This document shows positions 1-11,340 of a DNA stretch of 35,922 nucleotides, piece by piece (positions within the stretch are counted from its first letter, which is position 1; each line of letters starts with the position of its first letter). Made by a program: the position numbers and the translations under genes. Origin of the DNA: Octopus bimaculoides (Eukaryota). The stretch spans positions 23,153,660-23,189,581 of the forward strand of contig NC_068999.1 of NCBI RefSeq assembly GCF_001194135.2. The letters run 5' to 3'. Under the pieces are notes generated by a model, which worked only from the letters and a program-made list of their open reading frames with translations, did not search any database and was not told the origin of the DNA.

Positions 1-195
1 CATGCGGGTGACACGTAAAAGCACCCACTACACTCTCTGAGTGGTTGGCGTTAGGAAGGGCATCCAGCTGTAGAAACTCTGCCAAATCAAACTGGAGCCT
101 GGTGTTGCCATCCGGTTTCACCAGTCCTCAGTCAAATCGTCCAACCCATGCTAGCATGGAAGGCGGACGTTAAACGATGATGATGATGATGATGA
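1..195 (+). mobile_element. 3' part of a (GAT)n-tailed SINE-like repeat
   Basis: GGTTGGCGTTAGGAAGGGCATCCAGC ... CAACCCATGCTAGCATGGAAGGCGGACGTTAAACGATGATGATG; nearly identical to 25340-25520. Confidence 0.85.
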
Positions 196-835
196 CAACA
201 GGTTTCTTTCAGTTTCCATCTAACAAATCCATTCACAAGGCTTTGGTTGGGCTGAGGCTATAGTAGAAGACACTTTCTCAAGGTGCCACACAGTGGGATT
301 GAACCCAGAATCATGTGGTTGGAAAGCAAGCTTCTTACCATGCATCTATGACTGTGCCATAAAAGGTTTAAAAGTTTTTTGAAGAAAAATAACAATACTT
401 TCGTATGTCAAGTTTAGTGAACTTATTATTAGTGAATAGTATTCATCTAGAAGTATTTTTCACTCTTGTGGTCAAAGAATTTGTCCTGGGTAATGTTAAA
501 GGAATAGATATTCAAAGGATTAATTTGAGGTTATAATCTTAAATTGTTCTACAGTTCCAGAGAGAAATCAATATTTAACTTGGCAGATTCTGTATCAGAT
601 TCTTCATCTGTCAGTAAATTGACTACAGACCACTCCCCAAAATGTATGGCCTTGTGCCTATCTTAAATATTTCTATTATTTAGGTCAAAGAAGTGCAGTG
701 ATCCCAGCCTTTCAGCCTTTCCCAGTTTGATGAAGATGATGTGACAGTGACATGACTAATAGAGAAACAAGGGGAGTGGCTACTCCCCCAATCCCTGCCG
801 AGTACATTTTGCAAAATTAATACTTTTTCAACAAT

Positions 836-944
836 TTTATTTTAACTCTTTATTTCACCTGTGCAATAAAAGTCAAATCTCTTTTTATTTTGTTTATGTT
901 AATCACATGGCCTTGGAAGAACTTTCTGCAGCCATTACTTTATT
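836..944 (-). terminator. Cluster of AATAAA polyadenylation signals for CIMIP2C
   Basis: Plus-strand TTTATT at 836-841, 849-854, 884-889 and 939-944, about 210-320 nt downstream of the stop codon. Which one is used is unknown. Confidence 0.5.
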
Positions 945-1152
945 TGACCAATCTTCCAGTTTCTGAACTGTCTGCTCAATCTCCTGTGATGTGTTGGTGG
1001 CTGCTAACATCCGAAGAATCAAAACACACCCCGACTTCTCATAACTTCTCGACACTGAACGATCCTGTGGAGTTTCATCTTTTTCACATCACATCTATAT
1101 CAGTAGTTGTAAGTTTCATACATAATGACATTGTTACTGAAACCTAGGAACC

Positions 1153-1261
1153 TTATTCATCAAAACAACTTTTTCTGATTTTTAGATTCGGTGGTTTGTT
1201 TTGTAACTCGGGCAATGCATCCGGTTTTCCATATGCATTTATGTACACTGGGTGCTGGTAT
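1153..1261 (-). CDS. CIMIP2C: CIMIP2C terminal coding exon 4: (L)YQHPVYINAYGKPDALPELQNKPPNLKIRKSCFDE*
   Basis: Acceptor TTCCTTTTTATTTTCAG|A; the phase-2 join to exon 3 (CT+A = Leu) keeps the frame to TAA at 1155-1153. The end KIRKSCFDE resembles recalled human RKKRDCYFE. Confidence 0.8.
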
Positions 1262-1614
1262 CTGAAAATAAAAAGGAATTGTAAGCAATATGATAGTAGT
1301 TTATCCAGATGTGCTTGATAATTCTTGTTAGTATAAGATAAAACTAAGAAACTGGCTTCACTGATTTTTTCTCCCCCCCCCCACTCTTCTTTCCTCATAA
1401 TTTTTTCCGTTTCTCTTTTTCTCTCCCTCCCCCCTTTCCATTTTAATTCTAAGCTTTCCCACAATGCCTTTCTGTCTTTCCATGATTCTATTTTTACTGC
1501 CTCAGCTGTCTTTTGTAGCTTTGATCTTGAATCTGTTACCTGTCATCTCACTCTCTGTGATACCTCCTTTGTTCCAGGGCTAATGTCTAACATGCTACTA
1601 TTTTATTTTCTCTT

Positions 1615-1990
1615 AGCATGAAACTAGAGTCATCTCAAGCACACCAAATAAATAGTCAATAAGAAAAAGCACATTGGTATATGCAAAGGTGACATCAAGA
1701 AAAGATTTTATAATAATGAGGCATCATTAAGGCATACATACAAAAAATTTCCACAAAATTAACAAACCACTTCTGGAAACTGAGATACAATGATATAGCT
1801 TACAACATCAAGTGAAGTATCCTCTAGAGCTCAAAGCTTTACTTGAAGGAGCAAAGCAACCATTGTATAACAGAAAAAATACACATTCTGCTAAAACTGA
1901 AGAGCCACAACAATTTAAATTCCAGACCTGAGATTTTTACTAGATGTATCCATCAAGACAAGATTATCTTATCCTATGTCAGGGTGATTA
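1615..1990 (+). mobile_element. Penelope-like element relic, GIY-YIG endonuclease C-terminus (frameshift and stops)
   Basis: Manual translation: KKKHIGICKGDIKKRFYNNEASLRHTYK/STKLTNHFWKLRYNDIAYNIK*SIL*...CITEKIHIL...LNSRPEIFTRCIHQDK. This follows the Penelope pattern YIG..FK.RY.NH..SF..T.LS..W.LK..I.W.IL..CL.EK..IL..LN.RSE..KC.H.NK. Confidence 0.75.
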
Positions 1991-4164
1991 TACAACTATT
2001 TTCCAGGTCAACTTTCCATTTGCACACAAAACTGACACAATACACTCATTGATTACCAATAATTTTGGGTGTATCAACAAACTACCACCGCCAAATGTTT
2101 CTAATACACTTAAATATCCAACCAACCAACCACAAAAACACCTGCGCCAACAATAAATGTAATCACTTAGATAAATTCAACACTACATAGAATGCTTACA
2201 CAACTTTTCCTCTATTTAAGGTTTTAAAATGAACTAATTGCTGACGCTGTAAGGCACACAACTTACATTTTAAAGTATTGAGTTACTACCAGTTACAGGC
2301 AAAATGGACATTCACTTTCAAGTACTTGTCTATTATCAAATTATGTACTACAAGTAGCCATTTTGTGGACAAACCTGAAAATTGCTGGTAACAGCTTGAT
2401 TTAAATTAAGTCGCATATCTTTGTTACATAGAAAGGTCTGTACATGTGTGCATATGCATGTGCACATGTGTGAATGTATGTATGTTAACAAGGCAAAGAC
2501 CAAGACATTGACAGTAAGAGGGATCTCAAAATCTCAGTACCAGACAGAATAGGCCATGCTCAGTTTCATTATCATTATCATCATCATCATCATCATTTCA
2601 TATCCATTGTCCATGCTGACATTGGTTGGACAGTTTGACATGGATCTGGCAAGCTGAGGAGCTGCACCAGACTCCAGTCTGATTTGGCATGGCTTCCATG
2701 GCTGGATACCCTTGCTAATGTCAACCGCTTACAGAGTGTGCTGGGAGCTTTTATGTGACACCACACAGGCACTTTTACGTGGCACCAAATGGGTGCCTTT
2801 ATGTGGCATCACATGGGTGCTTTTATATGTACTCAGAAGAAATCAATGAATAAATGAAATCCACAGTAGGATATCAGGCCGATCAATATAGACCCAAAAC
2901 TTTACATGGGATACGTGAGCAAGTTAACAGAAGTTAACCTAATGAATAATAGCTATCAGCATTTTGTCTAATTAATGATGCCACTAAACATTTTGTCTGG
3001 CATGCAGGGTCAGTGCAGTTGTTACAATAAAAAATAAGTAAAAGATCAGGAGGTTATTAACAACAAAGGGATTTTCTCTCTATACGAAAGACATACCATG
3101 TATACTGGTAACAACTATCTATCAAATATATAGTTAAACACAATAATATTTAATATTTTCTTTTTTGTTCTATATGCTTTTATTAGGAAGTATAATTTTC
3201 AAATGCCCATATTACCATAAATGTTTCTTAGTTTTTGCAATCTCTATATATATCTTTGAATAATAGATGAAAAAGAAGAATGGTTGCTTTGAGGCTCTCT
3301 TTAATTTTTGGTTGATTCTCAATAACTAGATTTTCTAACAAGAGACATTCAGTTTTGACTTGCTGTAGGTTGTTCTAGTTTATTAAATTTCAAATCATTT
3401 TTGACTTTCAGGGTTGATTCCATGATAATTTTTTTGCTTTTATGATTATTTTGTAAAAAATAGTTGAGGCTAGTTGTTGTGCTGAGTAGCATTTATGGTC
3501 AAATTTTATTTTGTAATTAATATGTTGCAACAACTCACAGAAACTCAAACACATATGTGCACATATACATTCATTGTCATTGTTTAACATCAATGCTGGC
3601 ATGCATTGAGGATCCGGTGAGTGTGAGAATTGTATCAAGCTCTTGTGTCTGCTTTGGCATGGTCTCTCTGGTTGAATGCACTTCCTAACATCAACCGCTT
3701 TACAGTGTGCTCTTGGTGCTTTTTTGTGACACTGGCACTAGCAACGTCATCAAGTAGCTTGCAAATCAAGACCCCTTGACTGAGTGGGAATGGAGTATTG
3801 AGAGTGGGTAGCTTTATGCCAGGTAATAAGAGACTACAACTGAAGGACAGGAACAGTTGTCATACAGTGGAGGAGATACATGGGTATCATAGCTGGAAAG
3901 AGTGAAGGAGAAAAGATGAGGTATCAGGGCATATCTTCTAGGTACAAAAAGGTAAGTTTAAGGGAGATGTGGAACAGCAGATCAGATATGGTGAGTGGGT
4001 AAGCAAGTTTTTGAGTTGTGAAAGTGACAGATGGCTAGCAATAGAGATAAAAGGGAATGCGTGAATTGCAAACATGGAGATGTGGTCAAGGGTTGATATC
4101 AGTTTTGTTAGGGAAGGAGGAAGAAATGGAAGTAAGACAGGGAGGTGATAGGTGACAGCAGAGA

Positions 4165-5413
4165 TGAATTTTTTAAAAGGTTTAATAAAAATTAACAACT
4201 AATTAATCAATAATGTATTCACCCTTGTTGTTTACAACTTCTTCCCCACGTTCAACAAAATTTTCAATACCTCATTGGTAGAAATCATCCGATTTCAACA
4301 CGAAAAATTGATCCAACAAAGCTCTCAATTCTGCATCAGTATTGAATGAAACTTAACGCATAGCATTTGAAAGAGATCAAAAGAGGTGGAAATCTGTTGG
4401 TGCCAAATCAGGAGAGTATGGCGGGTGTGGCAACACTTCCCAGCCATGCATTTGAATGGCTTCCTTGGTCATATTGGCAATATGAGGGTAGGCGTTGTCA
4501 TGCAGCAGAAGAACTCCATGCTGCCGATTAGGTCTTTTCTCTTGAATAGCCGTGTTGAGTCATTCCATCTGTTGAACATACAGTTCTGCATTGACCATTT
4601 GGTTCCGTTCAAGCAATTTGTAATGAATAATCCCTTCCCAGTCCCACCATATGCACAACATTGTTTTACGTGGACGAAGATCTTGTTTTACGTGCGATGT
4701 CACTTGTTTACTGGGGCTGAGCCATTCCTTACGTTGCTTTATATTGATGTACAGGCACCATTTTTCGTCACCAGTAACAATTCGGTAAAGAAATTCTTGC
4801 TCGTGTCCATGAGTTGAGCGGTGATGAGAAAGCAAACCAGCAGAGATTGTGGCTCGTTGATTTTTGTTGTTGTCACTTAAAGCATGCGGAACCCATGCTC
4901 CATACTTCTGAACCTTTCCTATCGAGTGAAGATGCTTCTCTATAGCTGTGTGGGAGCATTCTATTTTCTCTGCCAGTTCCCTTGTTGTTTGACGAGAATT
5001 TTCGTGCAAAAGTTGGTTTAATCGCTCTTCCTCAAACTCAACTGGACAGCCAGAATGAGGTGCATCTTTGAGGTCAGAATTTCCATTTTTGAACTTGGCA
5101 TACCAATCACAAGCAGTTCTTTCAACTATGGCACCCTCTCCATACACAGCACAAATGTTGCGAGCAGCTTTTGTGGCCTTAGAACCTTGATTAAAAGCAA
5201 AAAGAAGAAGGTGTCGAAAATGCTCATTTTTCTTAACTTGACATTTCATTTTAATGATCTGAAAATAAACAAAAATTAACTAGAAAAAAAAACAAAAATA
5301 GATTCCAAAATGATTCAAAAATAGAATTCTTGAAAAAATAGATTCCAAAATTTAAAAACGTAATAAATTCCAAATTTTAAAAAAACGGCAGGAACTTAGT
5401 TGCCAACCCAATA
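4165..5413 (-). mobile_element. Mariner (DD34D) transposon, one TIR preserved
   Basis: TIR TTGGGTTGGCAACTAAGTTCCTGCCGTTTT ends at 5411 with flanking TA at 5412-5413. The distal TIR is missing just past the transposase stop. Confidence 0.9.
4203..5249 (-). pseudogene. Mariner transposase pseudogene, 349 codons, four in-frame stops, no frameshift
   Basis: HTH region, WVPHAL, TGDEKW, HDNA and YSPDLAPTD are present, with 34 residues between the 2nd and 3rd D. Stops at 4560, 4377, 4353 and 4272; ends EYIID*. Confidence 0.95.
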
Positions 5414-5725
5414 TTTATATATTGGGTGTATCATAATGAAACAGCTCTTGGATTCAATTAAAAATATGAATTATAAGTGAAATTTATGATATGTTGCTTT
5501 AGAGATTATATTAGCTGATTATGCATATGTATGCAAGTCGGTCCCTCTTGGATTTGCTGCATGCATGTGCATACATGCAGACATGTGCACACACACACAG
5601 AATAGGCTTCTTTTATCTTCTGTTTACCAAATCCAGCCATAGGGCTTTGGTTGTCCCTGGGTTATTGTAGAAGACATTTGCCTATATATACTCATATGAA
5701 GTTGTTCCTAGAGAGAATAACTTAC

Positions 5726-5838
5726 AGACATGACCTCTTCTGAAAAACTTTTTCAATTGGTGTGGGAAGCTGGAAATACTGAACAGGATAGTTAGTTCCA
5801 CTTTTATCATTGTAGTAATTCCTGTGAACTTGAGCAGA
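5726..5838 (-). CDS. CIMIP2C: CIMIP2C coding exon 3: SAQVHRNYYNDKSGTNYPVQYFQLPTPIEKVFQKRSC + CT
   Basis: Acceptor TTTTCTCTTTGCAG|T, donor CT|GTAAGT; 113 nt, phase 0 in and phase 2 out. It matches recalled human QQHRKYYQDKTGTVPRVPYFAMP. Confidence 0.93.
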
Positions 5839-6913
5839 CTGCAAAGAGAAAATAGTGTAACTTAGTTCTAATGATACTGAGCTGCAGTAAAAACTACTTG
5901 ATAAGAACTATGTGTAGTCTGTACTGTATAGCTAAAAGCAATATTTAAGCTTGAGAATCCATTGACAGGCATATATACTGATCAAACACATAATCTCATT
6001 TTGCTGTGTTATAACATAATGGAATGTTAGAAAGTGATGGAACAAAATTTGTAATCAGTTTTGTTAATAAAGTTGACACTTGTGTTCCACCTATTTGTAT
6101 TTCTGAGGTATGTATGTGTGCATGCATGCATGTTTGCATGTGTGTGTATGTGTAGATATAGATTTATACAGATAAATATACACACACATAAATCTATAAT
6201 TTCTATTTGTCTCTGTCTTTCTCTCTCTCTCTCTCTNNNNNNNNNNNNNNNNNNNNNNNNNNNNNNNNNNNNNNNNNNNNNNNNNNNNNNNNNNNNNNNN
6301 NNNNNNNNNNNNNNNNNNNNNNNNNNNNNNNNNNNNNNNNNNNNNNNNNNNNNNNNNNNNNNNNNNNNNNNNNNNNNNNNNNNNNNNNNNNNNNNNNNNN
6401 NNNNNNNNNNNNNNNNNNNNNNNNNNNNNNNNNNNNNNNNNNNNNNNNNNNNNNNNNNNNNNNNNNNNNNNNNNNNNNNNNNNNNNNNNNNNNNNNNNNN
6501 NNNNNNNNNNNNNNNNNNNNNNNNNNNNNNNNNNNNNNNNNNNNNNNNNNNNNNNNNNNNNNNNNNNNNNCACCGTAGCGCACCAATATAACAGAGAAAA
6601 ACAGTATGCGAGGAGAACAGAAAGAATTAAAACATTTAACAGCACAAATAAAAATATTATGCAATTAGGGATATCCACAAACCAGGTTTCGGCTTTTGGG
6701 TATTTAACCCTGAGCCTTGTCAGTGTGGACTACCAGTTTAAATCCGTGACTGTTCATGTTAGTCTCTGACTGTGCAACTGGTTTCATTTTGCGCCAAAAA
6801 CAGAGCACATGGTGCATAAAAATTTATAAATGAAACATTCAAACACTGAGATTTGAAGTTAGATGTCACTACTGTTCATATCATATATATATATATATAT
6901 ATATATGTACATA

Positions 6914-7136
6914 TACAGTAATCCCTCAACTATTGTGGGTGTTACATTCCCAAAGCTCCCACAGAAATAATTAAAATCTAAAAAAATATTAAAACCTGTG
7001 ATATACTGAGAAGTCCATGATATAAATTTACATATATTAGCCTGAAAAATCTGCAATGTACTGAGCAGGTGACAGGTGAACCACAATGTACTGAGCGTGT
7101 GATAGGTGAACTGCGATATGGCAAGAGATTACTGTA
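6914..7136. mobile_element. Tigger/pogo-like MITE with TA target duplication
   Basis: TA-CAGTAATCCCTC at 6914 and GAGATTACTG-TA at 7125-7136 (8-bp perfect TIR core). Internal 30-bp tandem duplication at 7054-7083 and 7084-7113. Confidence 0.7.
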
Positions 7137-7422
7137 TATATATATAATTTAAATAATTTGGGAAAACGAATTTCCAAATCAATCAGGTACAACCCTTCAG
7201 CAATAATGTATAATTTACAAGTTTCAATTCTTAATATTGCAAAGTATAATTTTTATTTTTTATTTTTTAATGTTTTATTTATTGCTTAATTTAACGCTTA
7301 TTTTTTAAAGGGATGTAAAATTAGATTAACAATACTTTGAAAAAAAACCTGACGATGTGTTGGAATAATTGTAAATCTGATGATTGCATATATATATTTA
7401 TATCTGCCAATTGGAAATATGC

Positions 7423-7865
7423 TGTGCATGAGAAGACCCAGCAAGCCAAGTGAGACTTAAATCTAAGGCCCAGCCAGTTCACTTATGTGTACCTTCCTTC
7501 CTTCATTGGACACTAAACTCCACTTGCGAAGACCTGTTGAGGCAAGTGAAATCGAAATCGAGTTAAATTTGATGACTGGCACCCATGCCAATGTCATCTC
7601 CCTCATTGGACACGAAACACAGCTTGCGAAAACTTATTGGGGCAAGCGAAAGCGAAATTGTGATGGCATCTGTGCCCGCGGCATGTGTAAGGACTTTCGA
7701 GCGAGATTGTTGCCAGTGCCCCTGGACTGGCTCTTGTGCAGGTGGCACATAAAATACACCATTTTGAGCGTGGCTGTTGCCAGTACCGCCTGACTGGCCT
7801 TCGTGCCGGTGGCACGTAAAGGCACCCACTACACTCTCGGAGTGGTTGGCGTTAGGAAGGGCATC
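7423..7865 (+). mobile_element. (GAT)n-tailed SINE-like repeat, cut by a gap
   Basis: Collinear and highly similar to 25000-25385. Confidence 0.85.
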
Positions 7866-8233
7866 NNNNNNNNNNNNNNNNNNNNNNNNNNNNNNNNNNN
7901 NNNNNNNNNNNNNNNNNNNNNNNNNNNNNNNNNNNNNNNNNNNNNNNNNNNNNNNNNNNNNNNNNNNNNNNNNNNNNNNNNNNNNNNNNNNNNNNNNNNN
8001 NNNNNNNNNNNNNNNNNNNNNNNNNNNNNNNNNNNNNNNNNNNNNNNNNNNNNNNNNNNNNNNNNNNNNNNNNNNNNNNNNNNNNNNNNNNNNNNNNNNG
8101 GTTATATCCTTTAAAGTATTATTTCATGCTGTGCAAATGGATCCCATGAGTTTACTTTCAAATATACTCATTAGGTTATTTTTTTGTACTATCTGAAATA
8201 GAATACCTGCATATCTATTAATCCCAAAAAACT

Positions 8234-8295
<62 letters not shown>

Positions 8296-8803
8296 TGTAT
8301 GTATGCATGCAATTCTGCATGCCTGTATGTCTCTGCAGATGTATATGTTTATCAAGGACTGGGTTCATTAGTCACCTGTAGAGCCACAGGTGCAAAGTAT
8401 AAATTTGTCTGAGTACACAATGTTCTTAACAGTCAGTGTTGGTTTTTCTCAGTCATATGAGTGGACAGCTATCAGCATTATGCATATATGTATAGTTAAT
8501 TACTCATTTCAGAAATAGAGACCTATTCAGAATAAACAGACCTAATCAGCATAAACTGAAAACTTTTGTTGTTACAGAAGCATATGAAACGAGCTTGTGC
8601 TGAAAAGGGATGTTCAAATTTTTGATGGATCAATACCTGTTTTGAGGTGTGCACTGGTTGTGGCCAGTTTGGTTAAGGAAGGCTTAGTAAGAATTAATGA
8701 ATCACAAACTGAGAATTGAGAGAATTACTGATCACAGAAAAATTGACAAAATAGTTTCAAATTTTGGCACAAAACCAGCAATTTCGGGGAAGGTTAAATC
8801 AAT

Positions 8804-8865
<62 letters not shown>

Positions 8866-8866
<1 letters not shown>

Positions 8867-9132
8867 GACAGGCTTCTTTCCGTTTCTGTCTACCAAATCC
8901 ACTCACAAGGCTTTGGTTGGCCCAAAGCTATAGTAGAAAACACTTGCCCGAGGTGCCATGCAGTGGGACTGAAACCATGTGGTTGGTATGCAAGCTACTT
9001 GCCACACAGCCATTCCTGCATCCATAAGTATATGTGTATGTATTTATATATGTTCATGTATATATATGTATGTGTATATGTGTGTGTATGTGTGTATGTA
9101 TGTGTGTATATATATATATATATATGTTTATC

Positions 9133-9175
<43 letters not shown>

Positions 9176-9355
9176 CTCTAATTGACAATTAGTGTATGTT
9201 TATTTACATCCCTGTCACTTAGTGATTCAGCAAAAGAGACTGATAGAATAAGTACCAAACTTTAAAAGAAGAAGTAGTTGGGCTAATTTGTTTAACTAAG
9301 CCCGTTAAGGTGATAACCTGGCACAGTCACAGCCCAATAACTAAAACATCCAAAA
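8866..9355. mobile_element. Chimeric tRNA-SINE: minus-strand head (8866-9020) joined through a microsatellite to a plus-strand tail (about 9170-9355)
   Basis: The head and tail motifs are in opposite orientations on either side of the (TA)/(TG) tract. Confidence 0.7.
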
Positions 9356-9381
9356 GTAAATGATAGAAGAATATATTTTAC

Positions 9382-9655
9382 CTGATAAAATTTTTCTAAA
9401 GCATCTCTGCTGCTTAAATCAGAGTTGAGCATTCGGTATTTTGGAGAAACTATGCAGCTGTCCCAACAACGGGCTCTCTTGTTGATTGCAAGCTCAGGGT
9501 TAAATGTATTGTACGTCGGATGGTGTCCACCCGAACTGTAGTTAGACTTGGAACTTCTTAGTACATTAGACCGATAATCTTGAAAATATTTGGATGTAAT
9601 ATTTCCGTAAGTCTGAGCAAAGTCAAATTTAATTGTAGGACAGTGGCCACAGTAG
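9382..9655 (-). CDS. CIMIP2C: CIMIP2C coding exon 2: (G)YCGHCPTIKFDFAQTYGNITSKYFQDYRSNVLRSSKSNYSSGGHHPTYNTFNPELAINKRARCWDSCIVSPKYRMLNSDLSSRDALEKFYQ
   Basis: Acceptor TTTCTTCCTTTCTGTTGTAG|C, donor CAG|GTAAAA; 274 nt (1 + 91 codons) with no stop. It has the FAM166 motif PGYxGHxP...TYGxxT and is collinear with recalled human GYQGHVPTVAF...KYFQDHR...GGHFPT...FYQ. Confidence 0.95.
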
Positions 9656-10179
9656 CTACAACAGAAAGGAAGAAAGTCAATAAGTTTTTAAAGATGATTG
9701 CTACTGACAAATATAATTGAATTTTTATTGATTTTGTGTTACAGTCATATTAAAGAGAAACGGAAATTAGAGTGTTCTTCATGCCTTTCTCAAAGATATA
9801 CAAGTAACATAGCAAAAGATGTCGACAATTAGTGATTGAAACAGAGTCCAGACATGGCTCACCATAGTTTTCTTTTACTTATTGGTGATAGTTACACTAA
9901 TCAGCTCTATTCAGATACTATAATAAGCTTGGGTTTTGGTTTATAAATTTTTACTGAACAGTGAAATATCTTCTGCAAATTTAAATTAATGCTAATCTAA
10001 CAAATTATGGTCTGCACCATGCTAAATGCCAGGAATTAAATACAGATCATCTTCAATCTGCTTGAGCGTATTTTCCCTTTATGGGCAGTTTTCCTTCAAT
10101 GTCATTAGTGACATTGCAAAGGCTAAGAATCAAAAATACTCTGACCGAAAGAGAAATTATAGTAAATGCACTTATGTAG

Positions 10180-10615
10180 GCACAAGTGTGGCTGTGTGGT
10201 AAGAAGCTTGCTTCCCAACCACATGGCTCTGGGTTTAGTCTCACTGCAAGGAACCTTGGGCAAGTGTATTCTACTAAAGCCTTGGGTTGATCAAAGCCTT
10301 GTGAGTGGATTTGGTAGACTGAAACTTAATGAAGCCCATCGTGTGTGTGTGTGTGTGTGTGTGCGTGCGTGCGTGCGTGTGTGTGTGTGTCTTTGTGTTT
10401 GTCTTACTACCATTGCTTGATATCTGGTGTTGGTATGTTTACGTCTCTGTAACTTGGTGGTTCCNNNNNNNNNNTGGTTCCGCAAAAGAAAGTATAGAGT
10501 AAGTACCAGGCTTAAGAAAATAAAGTACTGGGGTCATTTCATTTAACTACAATTCTCCAAGGCAGTGCCCCAGCATGGCCACAATCTAATGACTGAAACA
10601 AGTAAAAAATAAAAG
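10180..10615 (+). mobile_element. Same tRNA-SINE family
   Basis: Head at 10185-10330, (GT)n, tail ending GACTGAAACAAGTAAAA. Further copies or fragments at 196-360(-), 5590-5685(-), 18090-18320(+), 20590-20965(-) and 25615-26000(-). Confidence 0.85.
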
Positions 10616-10996
10616 ATGCCGTAGAACAGTTAACAGTTTTAGATGTGAGTAGTCATGTAGCTCTTCTACAGTAAGAACCTGTTTTGCTTTGGCCATTTCT
10701 CTCATACTTTTATCTATCTTTTACCTCTCAATTCCTAACAAAAAATTGTCCTTTTCCCCAGGGTAGTAATCTTGCAAACTGCATGTTGGCTTTCCTAGTG
10801 CCGGTGGCACAAAAAGAAAACAAAAAAAAAAACACCTACTACACATTGTAAAGTAGTCGGTGTTAGGAAGGGCGTCTGGCTATAGAAACCATGCTAAAGA
10901 AGACACTGGAGAATAATACAGTCTTTGGGTTCATTGGATCCTGCCAAACTATCCATGAAATGGAACTTGGACATTAAATGATGATGAGGATGATGG

Positions 10997-11042
<46 letters not shown>

Positions 11043-11169
11043 ACTTACTGTTACAATAGACAATGGTTAAACATTTCTAAAAAATGTAAACAAATTATTG
11101 GGAGGTAAAAAACGACAAAATGACACCAGGGGAATAGAAAATTAATAGTTTAGTACATGCAAATATAAG

Positions 11170-11340
11170 GCTCCAAGCTGGTAGAATCCTTAACATGATG
11201 GGCAAGATGCTTAGTGGTATTTTGTCCATCCATATGTTCTGAGTTCAAAATTCTGCCATGGTCAACGTCATCTTTTTGGGGTTGATAAAATAAGTACCAG
11301 TTGAGTACTGGGGTCAATGTCATTGACTTAACTTCTCTTG
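11170..11340 (+). mobile_element. (ATT)n-family SINE, degraded
   Basis: AGCTGGTAGAATC ... GAGTTCAAAATTC ... GATAAAATAAGTACCAGTTGAGTACTGGGGTC. Confidence 0.75.

Noticed and set aside
1262-1464. 5' part of ORF 1153..1464 (MWESLELKWKGG...)
   Set aside because: Low-complexity intron sequence; only the part below the AG acceptor (1261-1153) is exon.
1990-2260. Possible hammerhead ribozyme downstream of the Penelope relic
   Set aside because: I could not find a CTGATGA...GAAA core by eye.
4386-4817. 143-aa plus-strand ORF
   Set aside because: Antisense shadow of the mariner transposase.
6061-6678. Several long ORFs around the gap
   Set aside because: Open only because of N runs and microsatellites.
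7485-7829. Overlapping ORFs on both strands (also 24852-25442 and 20332-20572)
   Set aside because: They fall in GC-rich SINE copies, differ between copies and have no protein motif.
6237-8099. A missing CIMIP2C exon hidden in the intron-2 gaps
   Set aside because: Exons 2 and 3 join in phase, and FYQ|SAQVHR is collinear with the recalled human sequence.
8578-8646. Plus-strand AG...GT exon-like segment
   Set aside because: Stops in all three frames, weak donor, and antisense within the host intron.
10180-10260. tRNA-like heads with A and B boxes (many copies)
   Set aside because: They are SINE heads; I could not fold a full cloverleaf, and each continues into SINE body.
10455-10482. TGGTTCC repeated on both sides of a 10-N gap
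   Set aside because: Typical unmerged contig overlap, not biology.
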